From Azolla caroliniana (taxonomy: Eukaryota; Plantae; Polypodiophyta): a DNA stretch of 64,000 nt. Location of the stretch: positions 22,382,001 through 22,446,000 of the forward strand of contig JBHGNT010000001.1 of NCBI GenBank assembly GCA_043228905.1, read 5' to 3'. The notes under the pieces were generated by a model that saw only the letters and a program-made list of their open reading frames with translations, ran no database searches and was not told where the DNA came from. Below, one piece after another: positions 24,036-37,450 of this stretch (position 1 is its first letter; the number at the start of each line of letters is the position of its first letter). Position numbers and translations under genes: made by a program.

Positions 24036-24088
24036 CAGGCGCTTTTGGATCGGTCTTCCAAGTAATCATTGGCGGTGGAGGGGCGGCC
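24032..24088 (+). pseudogene. RPP3: 60S acidic ribosomal protein P3 pseudogene, 3' part
   Basis: FSGAFGSVFQVIIGGGGAA matches the P3 motif SAVFQVIIGGGG. It resumes right after the transposon and (CT)n. Confidence 0.7.
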
Positions 24089-24483
24089 AATAGTGTAATT
24101 GATATGTATGTCAAATGTGGCTTGACCCATGTAGCACATATATGCTTGATAAGCTTCACATATTGAATCATCATATATTAATCTCTTCCTCATTAAATAA
24201 TGTTGTGATGTGAAAAGTTATTGAGCATTTGAAGGAACTTCTTGTAGTGATGGGTTATTCATGATGATTATTGATGAAATTTCATGAAGTTTAAATATAG
24301 AATAACTATCAAACCAAATAATGAACTCTTGAGTCTTTATTAGTAAAAGAATATCTATTATTTAGGTGCAAATAGAGAGGAGCCCCTACACACATAACAC
24401 AGATACGTACACACATGTTATACAACTAAGATATACCACACATACAATATAATACATACATAAATAAACATGGAATACAATAC

Positions 24484-27400
24484 TGAAAAGAATAGCGCAG
24501 AATATTGCTTGGCCACAACGGAATCTTGAATCACTTCGTTTAAGGATGAAACACAGAAATGGGAATGGAGATGAATACTCGTACACACTCGAGTCGATAA
24601 GGAGTACACATGATGTTTACGTGGAAAACCCTAATAGGGAAAAACCACGGGAGCCCACAGACTCACCGAACTATCACTATGAAGAAAGAGGGTAGAATCA
24701 TAGACTCGGAGGCAATGACCTCGAGCTCTATTTCTTCGCCAAGTAGCAGTTACAACAGAAACCGTTCTGTATCTCTCTCTCTCTCTCTCTCTCTATCAGT
24801 CACTCTATACAACTGTTATACATTCAACAATATGACAACCACCTTATAAGTGATTGCCCTAAGTCATATTTACACTTATATGAACTTAGGGCTATTTACA
24901 AATATAGCCTCAATAGGCTTACCCAAAAAACATATTTACAAATATGTCTTCTCTTTTGGTTCTCATCGGGTCCATCCGATCCGGTTTCCGGATCTCTTCC
25001 GGTTCTCACCCGATCCACCCGATCCGGTTTTCGGATCTCTTCCGGTTCTCACCGGGTTCTCTTCATTCATAACCGAATCCCATCCGGAGGGACCGATTTC
25101 CCAACAATCTCCCCCTTCACTCTGGCATGGGATGTCTCGCCAGCCCGATCCGCTTTCGGCATGCGTCCAACTTGTCGATTGTCAACACCTTGGTCAATAT
25201 GTTTGACCCGTTCTCCTCCGTGTAGATTTTCGTCAACACGAACTCTTGATCTTCTACTCTCTCCCGGATCCAATGGTACCTTCGTTGGATATGTTTCGTC
25301 CGGGATTGGTAGGCCGCGTTCTTTGCAAGGTGGATGGCACTTTGACTGTCGTAGTAGAGCCGATATTCCTCATGTTGGATTCCTAGCTCTCCGATGAAGT
25401 CCTTCATCCAGATTATCTCCTTGCCGGCTTCTACAGCTCCCATGTACTCCGCCTTTGTGGTTGACAACGCAACCTTCTCCTAGAGCCTTGACTGTCAAAA
25501 AATAGTTCCCCCTACATAAGTTGTACCGGTTGATATCTACATCAGCCGACATATCCTAATCCGTGAATCTGTCAAGTTTGGGATTACCAGAGCTGAACCG
25601 GAGGCACATACTCGAGGTGCCTTTCAGATACCGGAGTATCCACTTGACCATGTTCCAATGCTCACTTCCGGGATTGCTCATGAACCAACTTACCACTGCG
25701 ACTGCATATCCGATATCCGGCCGGGTACATATCATCGTGTATATCAAGCTTCTGACGGCAAAGGCATATGGTATCTTCATCATATCCGTCTTCTCCGCAT
25801 TTGTCCTCAGACTTTGTTTTTTGGATAGCTTGTAGTTTGTCGGAAGTGTCGATCCAGCCGGCTGCGCCTCCGACATGTTGAACCGTTGAAGCACCTTTGT
25901 CACGTACTTCTCCTTTGACAACCACAACAACTTCTTTGATCGGTCCGGATGATGTGCATTCCCAATATCTTTCTTGCCGGACCCAAGTCTTTCATTGAGA
26001 AGGTCCGGTTCAAAGCCTTCTTCAACATCCAAATCTTGCCTTGGTCTCATCTGATGACCAGCATATCATGGACATATAGAAGGAGTATCAGGAAATCTCC
26101 TCCGTCAAATTTCTTCACAAACACGCAGTGATTGGCCTGCGTCTTGTGGTACCCTTGGTCAGTCATGAAGGAGTTGAACTTCCAGTACCATTTCCGGGGA
26201 GCTTGCTTTAGTCCGTATAAGCTCTTCTTCAGCCGGCACACTAGGCGCTCCTTCCCTTTCTTCTCAAATCCTTCCATATGATGCATGTAGATCTCCTTTT
26301 CGAGGTCGCCATGGAGGAACGTCGTCTTTACATCTAGTTGCTCTACCTCCAGGTCCATGCTTGCCGCTATGCTCAGCACCATCCTGATGGAAGTCATCTT
26401 AACTAACGGGGAAAAAATCTCATCGAAGTCCACTGCTTTCTTCTGCTGGAACCCCTTCACCACGATCCGGGCTTTGTATCTCAATGGGTTTCCGGCATCT
26501 CCTGGTTTTAGCTTGTACACCCACATGTTCCGTAGTGCCCTCTTTCCTTTCGGCAACTCCATCAGTTCATACGTGTGGTTCTCATGCAAGGAATCCATCT
26601 CGTCCTACATGGCACTCAACCACTTGCGGTTGTGGGTGTCTTTCTTTGCTTCTTCGAAGCTTTCCGGCTCCCCCTCATCGGTTAGCAGCACATGTTCTGC
26701 ATCTGGAAATCTCCGGGGGACTATTCTCTCTCGGAGAGGGTATCTCCATCCTTGGTTTCTGACTACCAATTCCTCCGTTTGTTCCTCATCCAAATCCAAT
26801 TCGGGATCTTGTCCAGTTCCAGTGTCTTCTTTTTCTTCTTCTTCGGTCAGTTAGGTTTCTTGTCTGTATTCGGCCGGTTCATTGAGTATCCTCCGGTTCC
26901 CGGCCAACATCCGGTTTTCAACCGGGGAGGTCATTGTGTCCTCAAACCAGTTTTCATTGGATGATCCAGAGTTCATCACCTTCTTCTCCGACTCCTAGTC
27001 GGCAATGGTCCTGTCTTCCATGAAAACTATGTCCCGACTCTGAAACACCTTCTTGTCGACCAGATCCCACACCCAGTAACCGAACTCATTATCACTGTAT
27101 CCAAGGACCATGCATGGCTAGGACTTCGGATCCAGATTTGCTCTCTTGTCCTTCGCCACATGCATGTAGGCGAGACATCCGAACACATTCAGATGCCAGT
27201 AAGATACATCTTTACCGGTCCATACTTTCTGAGGTGAGTCTCCTTCCAAGGGTACTCAGGTTATCTGTTTATCACATAGGTCGCCGTCGTGAGCGCCTCA
27301 ACCCAAAACTTCTTGGGTAACTTGGCATGTGCGAGAATGCTCTGGACTCTCTCCATTATGGTCCGGTTCATCTTCGGCACGGTAAATTCAAGCTGGATTC

Positions 27401-29779
27401 CCTTCGACCGACAGTACTCCTCGAACTGCACCCAGTATTCTCCTCCATTATCTACTCGAACCGCCTTCAGCTTCCGGCCGGTTTCTCTTTCCACTCTCAT
27501 GTGGAGCTCCTTGAAGACGGATAACACCTGATCCTTCGTCTTCAACGGTGAGACCCACAGCTTTTGGCTGTGGTCATCTATGAACGTCACGAAGTACTAC
27601 GATTCAGCATGTTACTTCGTGTCCACTTGACACCCATCAGTATGCACCAGTTCCAATGGTGCATTCCGTTTCATCGGAGGTCTTGACCGGAAGGAGGCTC
27701 AGTTTTGTTTGCCAACCAAGCAATCAATGCACTTCTCAAGTTGCACGTCCTTCACCGGAATAAGATTGTCTCCGGCAAGCCTCTTCATCCCCTTCTCACT
27801 CATGTGACACGGTCTTTTGTGCCATAGCTCACCGGTAGTGTCAGATGCTACGTTCACATCTTCCCGACATATCCGGGCATGCATAAGATACAGCGTGTTG
27901 ACCTTCCAGGCTCGTGCCACTATTAGGCTCCCTTTGCTGAACTTCATGACTCCATTCCGAATGCTACCCATGTAGCCTTCATCATCTAGCTGACCGGCTG
28001 ATATCAGCTTCAGTCGAACCTCTAGAACGTGTTGGACATCCTTTAGTAGCAACTTGCATCCGGTTGGTGTCATCAACAACACATCTCCTATGCCGACAAT
28101 TCGGCATGTACCTTCTGTGTAGGATGAGAAGCATGATCACCAACTGTGTAGGATGAGAAGCATTTTCGATCCGGTGTCAGGTGGAACGACGCTCCGGAAT
28201 CAACAACCCACATTGTCTCATCGCTGACAAGGTTTAACTCACTCTCCTCAATAATGAGCATTAGTTCCTCTTCACTTGTCGCGATCGGTGACGTTCCTTT
28301 CCAACCCGACCCTTTCCATTCCGAACCGGTCCAATCCGAACCCTTCTTCGAATCGGCACCGTCGGTTCCTTTCTCTTTCTGGAAATGCCGACAGTTCTTC
28401 TGGAAGTGTCCCAGCTTCCCACAGTAGAAGCAAGTAGGCCTCCTCCTTGACTTCGACCTCATCCCCGATTTGTCCTGGTTTTTGGGAACTCTGATACCGG
28501 CCTCTTCCCCGGTTGCGGTCATCTTCCGTGACTAAGGCCTTCGGATTAGTTCTGGACTCCTGGTCCTTCCGGCGAGCTTCTTCATCTAGTAAGCTTGATT
28601 TTAACCTTGCTAGGGACAACTGCTTTGCTTCCAGCCCGGCGTTGCCCAACGTGACAACGAATGTCTCCTAGCTATTCGGGAGGGAATCGAGCAGGAGCAA
28701 TGCGAGTACCTCATCGGCGAGAGGTACCTCCAATGAGGTTGCTCGGTGTATTAGCCCCTGGAAGGCATGCATGTGCTCTGCCATACTGGAACTGTCCTAG
28801 TACCAGATCCTCATTAGCTTACGGAATACCGGAACCCAATTAACAACATTCTTGTTCTGGAACATGATGTTGATCTTCTCCCAGAGTTCATGAGCCTTGC
28901 TCTCTTCATTGAAGTTGTTGTACAGGCTCATGTCGATGAAGCACCGGATGTATGCCATCATCTTCATGTGCATCACCTCCCACATTGTGGCGTCGATCTT
29001 ATTCGATCTCTTGTCCCCGAACTAAACCGGCAACCAAAGATCTTTAACCACCAGCATATCCCTCATCTTCAACTTCCAGACTTAGTTGGAGCCGGTGAGC
29101 TTGAACATGCCGACGAACAATTCTTCCATTTCCTACGTTGTTCGCTCTGATACCAGATTGAAGAGAATAGCGTGGAATATTGCTCGGCCTCAACCAAGTC
29201 TTAAATCACTTCGTTTAAGGATCAAACACAGAAATGGGAATAGAGATGAATACTCATACATACTCGAGTCGATAAGGAGTACACATGATGTTTACGTGGA
29301 AAACCCTAATAGGGAAAAACCATGGGAGCCCACAAACTCACCGAACTATCACTATGAAGAAAGAGGGTACAATCAAAGACTCGGAGGCAACGACCTCGAG
29401 CTCTATTTCTTCACCAAGCAACAGTTACAACAGAAACCGTTCTGTATCTCACTCTCTCTCTCTCTCTATCACTCATTCTATACAACAGTGATACATACAA
29501 CAATATGACAACCACCTTATAAGTGATTGCCCTAAGTCATATTTATACTTATATGAACTTAGGGCTATTTACAAATATAGCCTCAATAGGCTTACCTAAA
29601 AAACATATTTACAAATATGTCTTCTCTTCCGGTTCTTACCGGGTCCATCTGATCCGGTTTTCGGATCTCTTCCGGTTCTGACCGGATCCATCCAATCCGG
29701 TTTCCAGATCTCTTCCGGTTCTCACTGGGTCCTCTTCATTTATAACCGGATCCCATCCGGAGGGACCGATTTTCCAACA
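24484..29779 (-). mobile_element. Full-length degenerate Copia family B element (Tnt1/Tork-like), TSD AATAC
   Basis: LTRs 24484-25106 and 29159-29779; AATAC at 24479-24483 and 29780-29784; PBS GCTCTGATACCA 29144-29155; PPT near 25108-25118. Confidence 0.95.
25117..29129 (-). pseudogene. Disrupted gag-pol of the family B element
   Basis: CFYCGKLGHFQKNC; WVVDSGASFHL; TFIDDHSQKLWV; LLLYVHDML; SRTKHIQRRYHWIRE. Many stops and indels. Confidence 0.9.
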
Positions 29780-30064
29780 AATACATATATATGAATACAC
29801 ACATAACACATACATACATAAATATATACAACATATGCAATACAATATAATACATACATACACACATGTATAAAACATACATGTGTCTTCTATGTAAGGG
29901 CATTTAAAATAAGTTGTCAAAATATATATTGGCACTAAGGGGTATTTTTACTAACCGTATTTTTATAGAAGAGTATCTAAAATAGTAAAAAACATACGTA
30001 TAACGGGTTTATAAAAGGTGTTGCGAATGCACGTGATATAACCTCTTTATATATAGTGGAGCCC

Positions 30065-30266
30065 CTGGGTGGTGATCTCCAAATACCAGATAAGTCTGGT
30101 CGGCCTGACTAAGCTTGTGTCCGCCATTCGCAACCAAAATGGGCACGATTGCCATCTTGGATCCCTAGTTTATTGCATGTTCTTCTGGTGATCATGTTCA
30201 CTCCGGATCCTCCATCGATAATTGTGTGGGATACTTCTTTGCCTTTGATTATTACCATCACTATCG
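30065..30266 (-). pseudogene. Gypsy aspartic protease fragment related to the element at 39393-49003
   Basis: Minus strand IIKGKEVSHTIIDGGSGVNMI versus IKGRDLHGCIIDGGSGVNVI near 41330. Confidence 0.65.
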
Positions 30267-31463
30267 TGTTGGGAAAACAGGTCCCTCTGGATGGCGGCTG
30301 GATACATAAGGTGTTTTATAGACATGAGTCTATGAAACAACTTTCATTAACAGAAGAGTGTCGACGTACTTTGCAAGAAGATTGATGTGATGTTCAAAAA
30401 CAAGAACGTCGTGAACAGAGTCTCAATTTTCCGAAAAATTGTGAGACTTCGGTATCAAGACGGCTCCAACATAGCAAAGCATATTAATGCGTTCCAAGGA
30501 TTGATGAATCAAACCACCTCCACAAAAGTACCTCGCCGATGAGGTATTAGAATTATTGTTGTTGGGATCCCTTTTGGACAGGCTCGTTGTCACATTGGGC
30601 AACACCAGACCGCAACAAAAGCATCTATCCCTAGAGCAGGTGACGTCGAGCTTACTGAATGAGGAAGCTCATCGGAAGGACCGAGAGTCCATTACCGACT
30701 CAAAGGCCTTAGTCAGGAAAAGTGACACAAATTGAGGAAGAGGCCAAAATTGAAGTCCCTAGAATCGAGATAAGTCGAGGACCAGGTTGAAGTCGAGGGG
30801 GATGCCCATGTGCTTCTATTGTGGGATGTCGGGGCACTTTCAAAAGAATTGCAAACACTTTCGAAAGGAGAAAGGGGGAGTTGATGGTGTAGAGTCGAAG
30901 AAAATCCCAGATAGAAAGAACACCTCAGCAATCTCCGTGAGTGAAGAGGATTTGTTGTTCATTAGTGAACAAAATAAAGTCAACCTCGCTAGCAAAGAAT
31001 CGACATGGGTGGTCAATTCGGGTGTATCATTCCACCTAACCTCCAACTAAAAGTGATTCTCATCATACAAGGCCGGAGACCACGGTCTTGTAAAGATGGG
31101 AAATGAAAGAGCATGACAAATTGTTGGCATTGTAGATGTGTGCTTGGAAACGTCTACCGGGTGTAGAGTGGTATTGAAGGATATTTGACACATTCTGGAA
31201 GGTAGACTGAATCTGATATCAGCCGATTAGTTGGATGATGAAGGCTACACGGGTAGCATCCGGAACGACGTCATGAAGTTCTACAAAGGAAGCCTGATTG
31301 TGGCTATAGCCCGAAAAACCAACACACTGTATATAATGCATGCTCAATTATGCCAAAATGAGGTAAACGTGGCAACCAACACAGTTGGTGAGTTGTGGCA
31401 TAAGAGGTTATGCCACATGAGCTAGAAGGGAATGTAGATGCTAGCTGAAAAAGAATTCCTACC
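30267..31463 (+). mobile_element. Deleted family B Copia fragment (LTR start fused to gag-protease)
   Basis: TGTTGGGAAAACAGGTCCCTCTGGATGG (LTR 5' end) joins directly to YIRCFIDMS gag; CFYCGMSGHFQKNC; WVVNSGVSFHL; LWHKRLCHMS. Confidence 0.8.
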
Positions 31464-34178
31464 TATGAGGAATAGACGCTCGGCCACAACGAAGTTCAAC
31501 ACTAAATGGAAGATCTAAACAGAAATGGAGATTCATACACTTACACAGACAACAAAGAGGATACAGAATGTTACTGTGGAAAACCCTAATAGGGAAAAAC
31601 CCACGGGAGCCCACTGACTCCAACTATCACTATGAAAACAAAAGGTTACAACGCGAGACTCATAGGCAACGACCTTGAGCTTTATGCCTTCACCAAACAT
31701 GCGATTACAACAGAAAATACTTTCTGTATCTCACTCTCTCTTTGTGTCTATTTGTACAACAGATAATAACAACATCTTCAACAACATACAAAGTGATTTC
31801 CCTGAGTCATATTTATACTTATATGACTTTACGACTATTTGCATATATGGCCAAGACAAGCACACTAGAAACATATTTACAGATATGTCCCTGGATCCGG
31901 TTCACACTAGATCCGTCCAAATCCCATCTGGAGGGACCTGTTTCCCAACAAACTCCCCCTTCACTCCGACATAGGATGTCTCCTCAGTCCTATCCGTCTT
32001 CGGCACACGTCCAGCTTGTCGGCAGACATCACCTTGGTCAACATGTCCAACCTGGTCTCCTTCATCCGATCCCGGACTATGTGTATCCCCAAAATTTGTC
32101 TCGCCAAACCCATATCTTTCATTGCGAATGATCGGCTCAAAGCCTTCTTCAGTATTCCGATTTTCATACGGTCTCATCCGACGATCAGCATGTCATCCAC
32201 ATAGAGCAGTAGTATCAGGAAGTCTCCTCCATCGAACTTCATCACGAACACGCAGTGGTTGGCCTGCATCTTGTGGTATCCTTGGTCGGTCATGAAGGAG
32301 TCGAACTTCTGGTACCATTGCATGGGAGCTTGCTTCAGTCTTTGTAAGCTCTTCTTCAATTGGCACACTAGGTCTTCCTTCCCTTTCTTGACAAACCGTT
32401 CCTGTTGTTGCATGTAGATCTCTTCTTCGATGTTGCCATGTAGGAATGTTATCTTAATGTCTAGTTGCTCTACCTCGAGGTCCATGCTTGCCGTTATGCT
32501 CAACACCATCCGAATGGATGTCATCTTCACTACCAGGGCGAAGATCTTATCGAAATCCACTCCTTTCTTCTATTGGAAGCCCTTCACCACAATGTGGGCC
32601 TTATACCTTGGTGGATTTCCAGAGTCTCCTGGTTTTAGCTTATACACCCACTTGTTCCAGAGTGCTCCCCTCCCTTTTGGCAGCTCCGTCAATTCATATG
32701 TGTGGTTCTCATTCAAGGAATCCATGTCATCCTGCATGGCACTTAACCACTTGCGGTTGTGAGTGTCTTTATTCGGTTCCTTGAAGCTTTCCAGCTCCTC
32801 CTCGTAAGTTAGCAACACATGCTCTGCATCCAAAAATCTCTGGGGGGGCCTTCTCTCTCTGAGAGGATATCTCCGTCCTTGATTTTCTACCACCGGTTCC
32901 TTTGTTTGTTCTTCATCCGAATCTGATTCGGGGTCTTGTCCAGTTTTGGTGTCCGATTCTTCTTGTTCTTCGGTTGATTCAGTTTCTAGTTTGAATCCAT
33001 CCGGAGGGGTCCTTGTGTCTTTCGACCGATCTCTATCGATCGACCCTGAGTCCACTATCTTCTTCTCCGACTCCCATTCGGCAATAGTCTTGTCTTCCAT
33101 GAAGACTATGTCTCGACTCTAGAATACCTTCTTGTCGACCAAGTCCGACACTCGGTACCCGAACTCATCATCATCGTAAAATCTTCTTGGATTCCGGATT
33201 ATCGGTTCCCCCTTTGGCTTTCCTAAAGTGTCGGCAGTTCTTCCAAAAGTGCCTCGGCTTCCGCAATAAAAGCGAGTGGTCCTCCCTCTCAAATTCAAAC
33301 TCATCCCCGACTTCTCCCGGTTCTGGGGACTCTCGGACCTTCCGGAGAGCTTCTTCGTTTAGCAAACTCGACTTCACTCTCACCAAGGATAAGTTCTTTC
33401 CTTCCGGTCTAGCATTGCCCAATGTGACAACCAACGTCTCGCAAGTATGTGGAAGGGATCTAATCAATAACAATGCCAACACCTCGTTGGCTAATGGTAC
33501 TTCGAGCAAGGTAGTTTGGTTTATCAACCCTTGGAAATCATTCATATGTTCTACCATGCTAGCATCGTCTTGATACCAAAGCCTCACTATCTTTCAGAAT
33601 ATCGAGACCCGATTTACGGCGTTCTTGTTCTCTAACATTGTGTCAATCTTCTCCCAGAGCTCATTGGCTTGTTCTCTTCATTGAAGTTATTGTACAAGCT
33701 GATGTTGATGAAGCATCGAATGTATGCCATCGTTTTCATGTGCATTACCTCCCAGGTCGCAACATCGATCTTGTCCGGTCTTTTGTCCCCAAACTATACC
33801 AACAACGAAAGATCTTTTACCATTGACATGTCCCTCATCTTTGACTTCCACACTGCTTCCATTTTTCTTTCCTTTGTCAATTGCACCGATACCAGTTTGT
33901 ACGGAATAGTGGTCGGCCACAACCAAATCTCAATCACACAATGGAAGAAATAGAAAATAAAACAATAGATAGAATGCACTTACACAGTCAAAACAAGGAA
34001 ACACAAGATATTAACGTGGAAACCCTGATCAGGAAAAACCACGGGAGCCCATGGACTCCAACTATCACTATGAGAGAGGAAGGGTACAATGGGAGACTCA
34101 AAGGCAACGACCTCGAGCTCTATCTTCACCTACCGGTGGTTACAACAAAATGCTTCCTGTTTCTCTATGTCATACTCT

Positions 34179-34215
<37 letters not shown>

Positions 34216-35351
34216 TGTGTGTACAACACAGACTCTCACGCTAAGAACAACAAAAGAAAAACATCATATTTGCCCTAAGTTATATTTATACTTATATAAC
34301 TTATGAGCTATTTACAAATTTAGCCTCAACGGCCCATGAGAAACATATTTATATATTTGTCTCTCTTCCTGGTCATACCAGATCTAGCCAGACCCCTTCT
34401 GAGTCCATCCGATCCAATTTCCATATATCCTTCTGGACCATGGTTGTTTACGTACCTGTATTTAACGTTTAAATATGTATAGTACCTCATAATTTGTATA
34501 GTATGTACTATACCTCAATGTTGTTCAATCAAATATCATGTACATTTGTCCAATACGGTATTTAACGTATTTATAAAAAAACAGGTATAATATGTATTTA
34601 TAAAGAAAATATAAGTAAAACCCCAAAAAGAAGCAAAAGAACAAAAAGATTTTAGTGAAAAAGATGCCAAAGGAAGGAAGGAAGAAGAATAGAAGAGATG
34701 ACGATGAAGAAGATGAAGAAGAAGAGAGAAAAGAAGACATAAATGTGTCTTGACTCTGAGTGTGATAATCGCAGAAGATAGAAGAATAAGACGAAGAAAA
34801 GAGAAACCTATCATGAGTGTGATAATCGTAGACGATTCCTCAATCTATGAAGGCATAATTGTAAATAATTACAATTTGAAGTAGAACATCATGATACACA
34901 CTTACATTGATTTATAGAATAAGGGAATGTCGACATTCATATTACTACAAGTATTTTAGGATGTGAAATGTTTAAATATCTTATATGCATTTTAGGATGT
35001 AGAACTATACTGTACATCACAAAATTGTGTAAACATAGATATTCTTTACAATATTATAGATATTTTTTAGAAAGGTAAATAATTTTCAAATTCTAGAAGT
35101 ATTTAACGTACTATACGTAAAATACGTATTTTACGTATCTTACGTATTTTATAAGACTTATTTAACATATTAAGAAAACGTATTTAATGTATTTTTAAAT
35201 TGGGAGGTACTATATGTGTATTAATATGTTATATATGTATGGTATCCGTACCGTACCTAACGTACCTAACAACCTTGTTCCGGATTGTCCAATCCAGATC
35301 ATTCTGCTCCAACTTTTCCGATCCCCATCTAGAGGGACTGGTATCTCAACA
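31464..35351 (-). mobile_element. Internally deleted, probably chimeric family B Copia element
   Basis: LTRs ~31464-31950 and 33898-35351 (the latter interrupted by a hAT-like insert). PBS variant at 33883-33894; PPT 31953-31961. gag and RT pieces remain; PR-IN and most of RH are missing. Confidence 0.8.
34439..35277. mobile_element. Non-autonomous hAT-like DNA transposon (839 bp)
   Basis: Termini CATGGTTGTT / AACAACCTTG. 8-bp flanks TTCTGGAC (34431-34438) and TTCCGGAT (35278-35285). Subterminal ACGTA motifs; LTR sequence resumes after it. Confidence 0.75.
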
Positions 35352-36210
35352 TGATCGGCCTCACTAGCCTCATCTTTAGAATTCAGCATGTAGTCAATGG
35401 GGATCGGATTGGTCAGAGGTTGGTACCATGAAGTCGTTTCATCGAACATGACATCACGGCTTACTTGTACTTGTTTGGACCAAGGGTTATAACATTTATA
35501 ACCCTTTTGTTCATTTGAGTAGCATGCCAAGATACACTTATCAGTTTTGGCATCTAACTTCCTCCGCTTCTCCTTCGGCACATGCACATATGTTATGTTG
35601 TTGAGCACCCTCAAGTGTGCCAATTTCGGCTTCTTCTCATAGTACAACTCGTGTGGCAACACTTTGCCTCTAGCTACAGATGTTCGATTCTGAAGGTAAA
35701 TGGTTGTTTTGACCGCTTCCACCTAGTAAACTTTGAGCATGCACTTCTCTTCTAGCATCGCCCTAGCCACTTCTTCAATTCTGTAGATAACTGGTGAACT
35801 AGCCGGAAAAGTATCATTTTCCACCATTGGTACTAAGGCGCTTCATCTTCCCTCCTATCTCTCGTTCGGCTCAACTCTTCACCTTTAAGAAGCAGGAGAA
35901 GACTTCACTCTTCTTCTCAATCAGACATGCCCAGGTCTGCCAAGTGAAATCATCAATGAAGGTGACGAAATATTGGCTCCCTCCCATGCTCATGTTCTGT
36001 GCCAGTCCCCACACGGCCGAGTGGATCAAATCAAGATTATTTTCGCTCCTATTATGCTCGTTGGGGAAAGGAAGCCGGTGTTGCTTCTCTAACTGGCAGG
36101 CTTTGCGGACTTGGCCCTTTCTACCACTAAATTTTGGCAAACCAAAAACGATGTTCTTCGTCTATATCTCTTCAAGCCGGGGAAGTTGACGTGGCTGACC
36201 CACTTGTGTC
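35352..36210 (-). pseudogene. Copia integrase fragment of the element-1 family
   Basis: LDLIHSAVWGLAQNMSMGGSQYFVTFIDDFT and YVHVPKEKRRKLDAKTDKC closely resemble 3130-3800. Confidence 0.85.
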
Positions 36211-36214
36211 ATAA

Positions 36215-37450
36215 GTTGAGCATGAGTTCTATAGATCATCCTCAGTCTGATGGACAAACTTAACAAGTTAATCAAATTATTGAGGACTTGTTTCGAGCTT
36301 ATGTAGCACAAACCCCTTCTAAGTGGGAGCAATACCTTCCTATTTAGAACTTGCCTATAATAGCTCCAAACATACATCCACTAGTGTATGGTTTTCAGCC
36401 ACGTGCCCCCAATAGATGTCACAAGACATTAGACAATACACACAATGTTTTGCAAGACATGAACCAAATGTTGCATATTGCCATGGCAAATGTTAAGACA
36501 ACTCAATATCTTGCCCGATTTTATGTTGATCCAAATAGACATCCTCGTGAATTTAATATTGGTCAAAAAGTTTTTTTGCGTATCCCTACCGACTCTAGAT
36601 CATTGCTATGTGCAAGAGCACTAAGGTTGCCCGACAATATTGTGGACCCTTTGAAATCCTCAAGTGAGTTGGATCATCTGTTTATCACCTTGCCTTACCC
36701 CATAATGTTGGTATTCATCATGTTTTTCATGTCAGTTGTCTAAAACCATTTTTAGGCTCTGGTGGTAACACCATCACAATGTAGGATCTTGTAACATTAG
36801 AGGAATTTTCTTTAAAACCTCATGTTCTATAACGAATTATTGATTCTCGTACTAAACTTTTACATTCTAAAGAGATTCGGCAATCAAGATCCAATGGATG
36901 GATAAACCTATTGATGATGCCACATGGGAATGTGTGCATACCTTAAGGCACAATTTCCTCACTTTATATTGCAGTAGTACAATCTTTTAAAGTAGAGGAG
37001 TATGTTACGCACACACAATGTAGGTGAGGGTAGGTCACCAATATTTACGTAAGTGAAGGGTATGTTCAATAATGTTAGAAAGGGACTAATGTGATTGGAT
37101 AGATGGAATGATAGGTGCATGCACTTGAAAACCAATGAATGGAGGTTCTTTTAAAAGGCACATTTATTGAAGGGCCCTAGACAGAGGTATAAATATGAGG
37201 CCTAGCTACCCTCATAAAACACATTACGTCGGAAGGTTGCCGTCTCAAGACATTAGTGGTGCGGGTGAGGCTTTCAACAATATGATCATGTTATCTCTTC
37301 CAAGGTATTAATCATTAGTACGGGACGTCAGTGGTAGGTTGGATAAGTCTTGAGCATAGCTCAAGGGTGGTTGGGTGGAACAAGTTCTTCCATCCAATCT
37401 ATTTACCTTTCTTTTACTTTAATTAGTCTATTGTTTAATAATAAACTCTT
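36215..37450 (+). mobile_element. Chromovirus Gypsy 3' fragment: integrase C-term, chromodomain, PPT and 3' LTR (from 37003)
   Basis: HPQSDGQT.QVNQIIEDLFRAYV; chromodomain-like RIIDSR...IQWMDKPIDDATWE; PPT AGTAGAGGAG followed by TGTTACG. Right end approximate. Confidence 0.75.
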
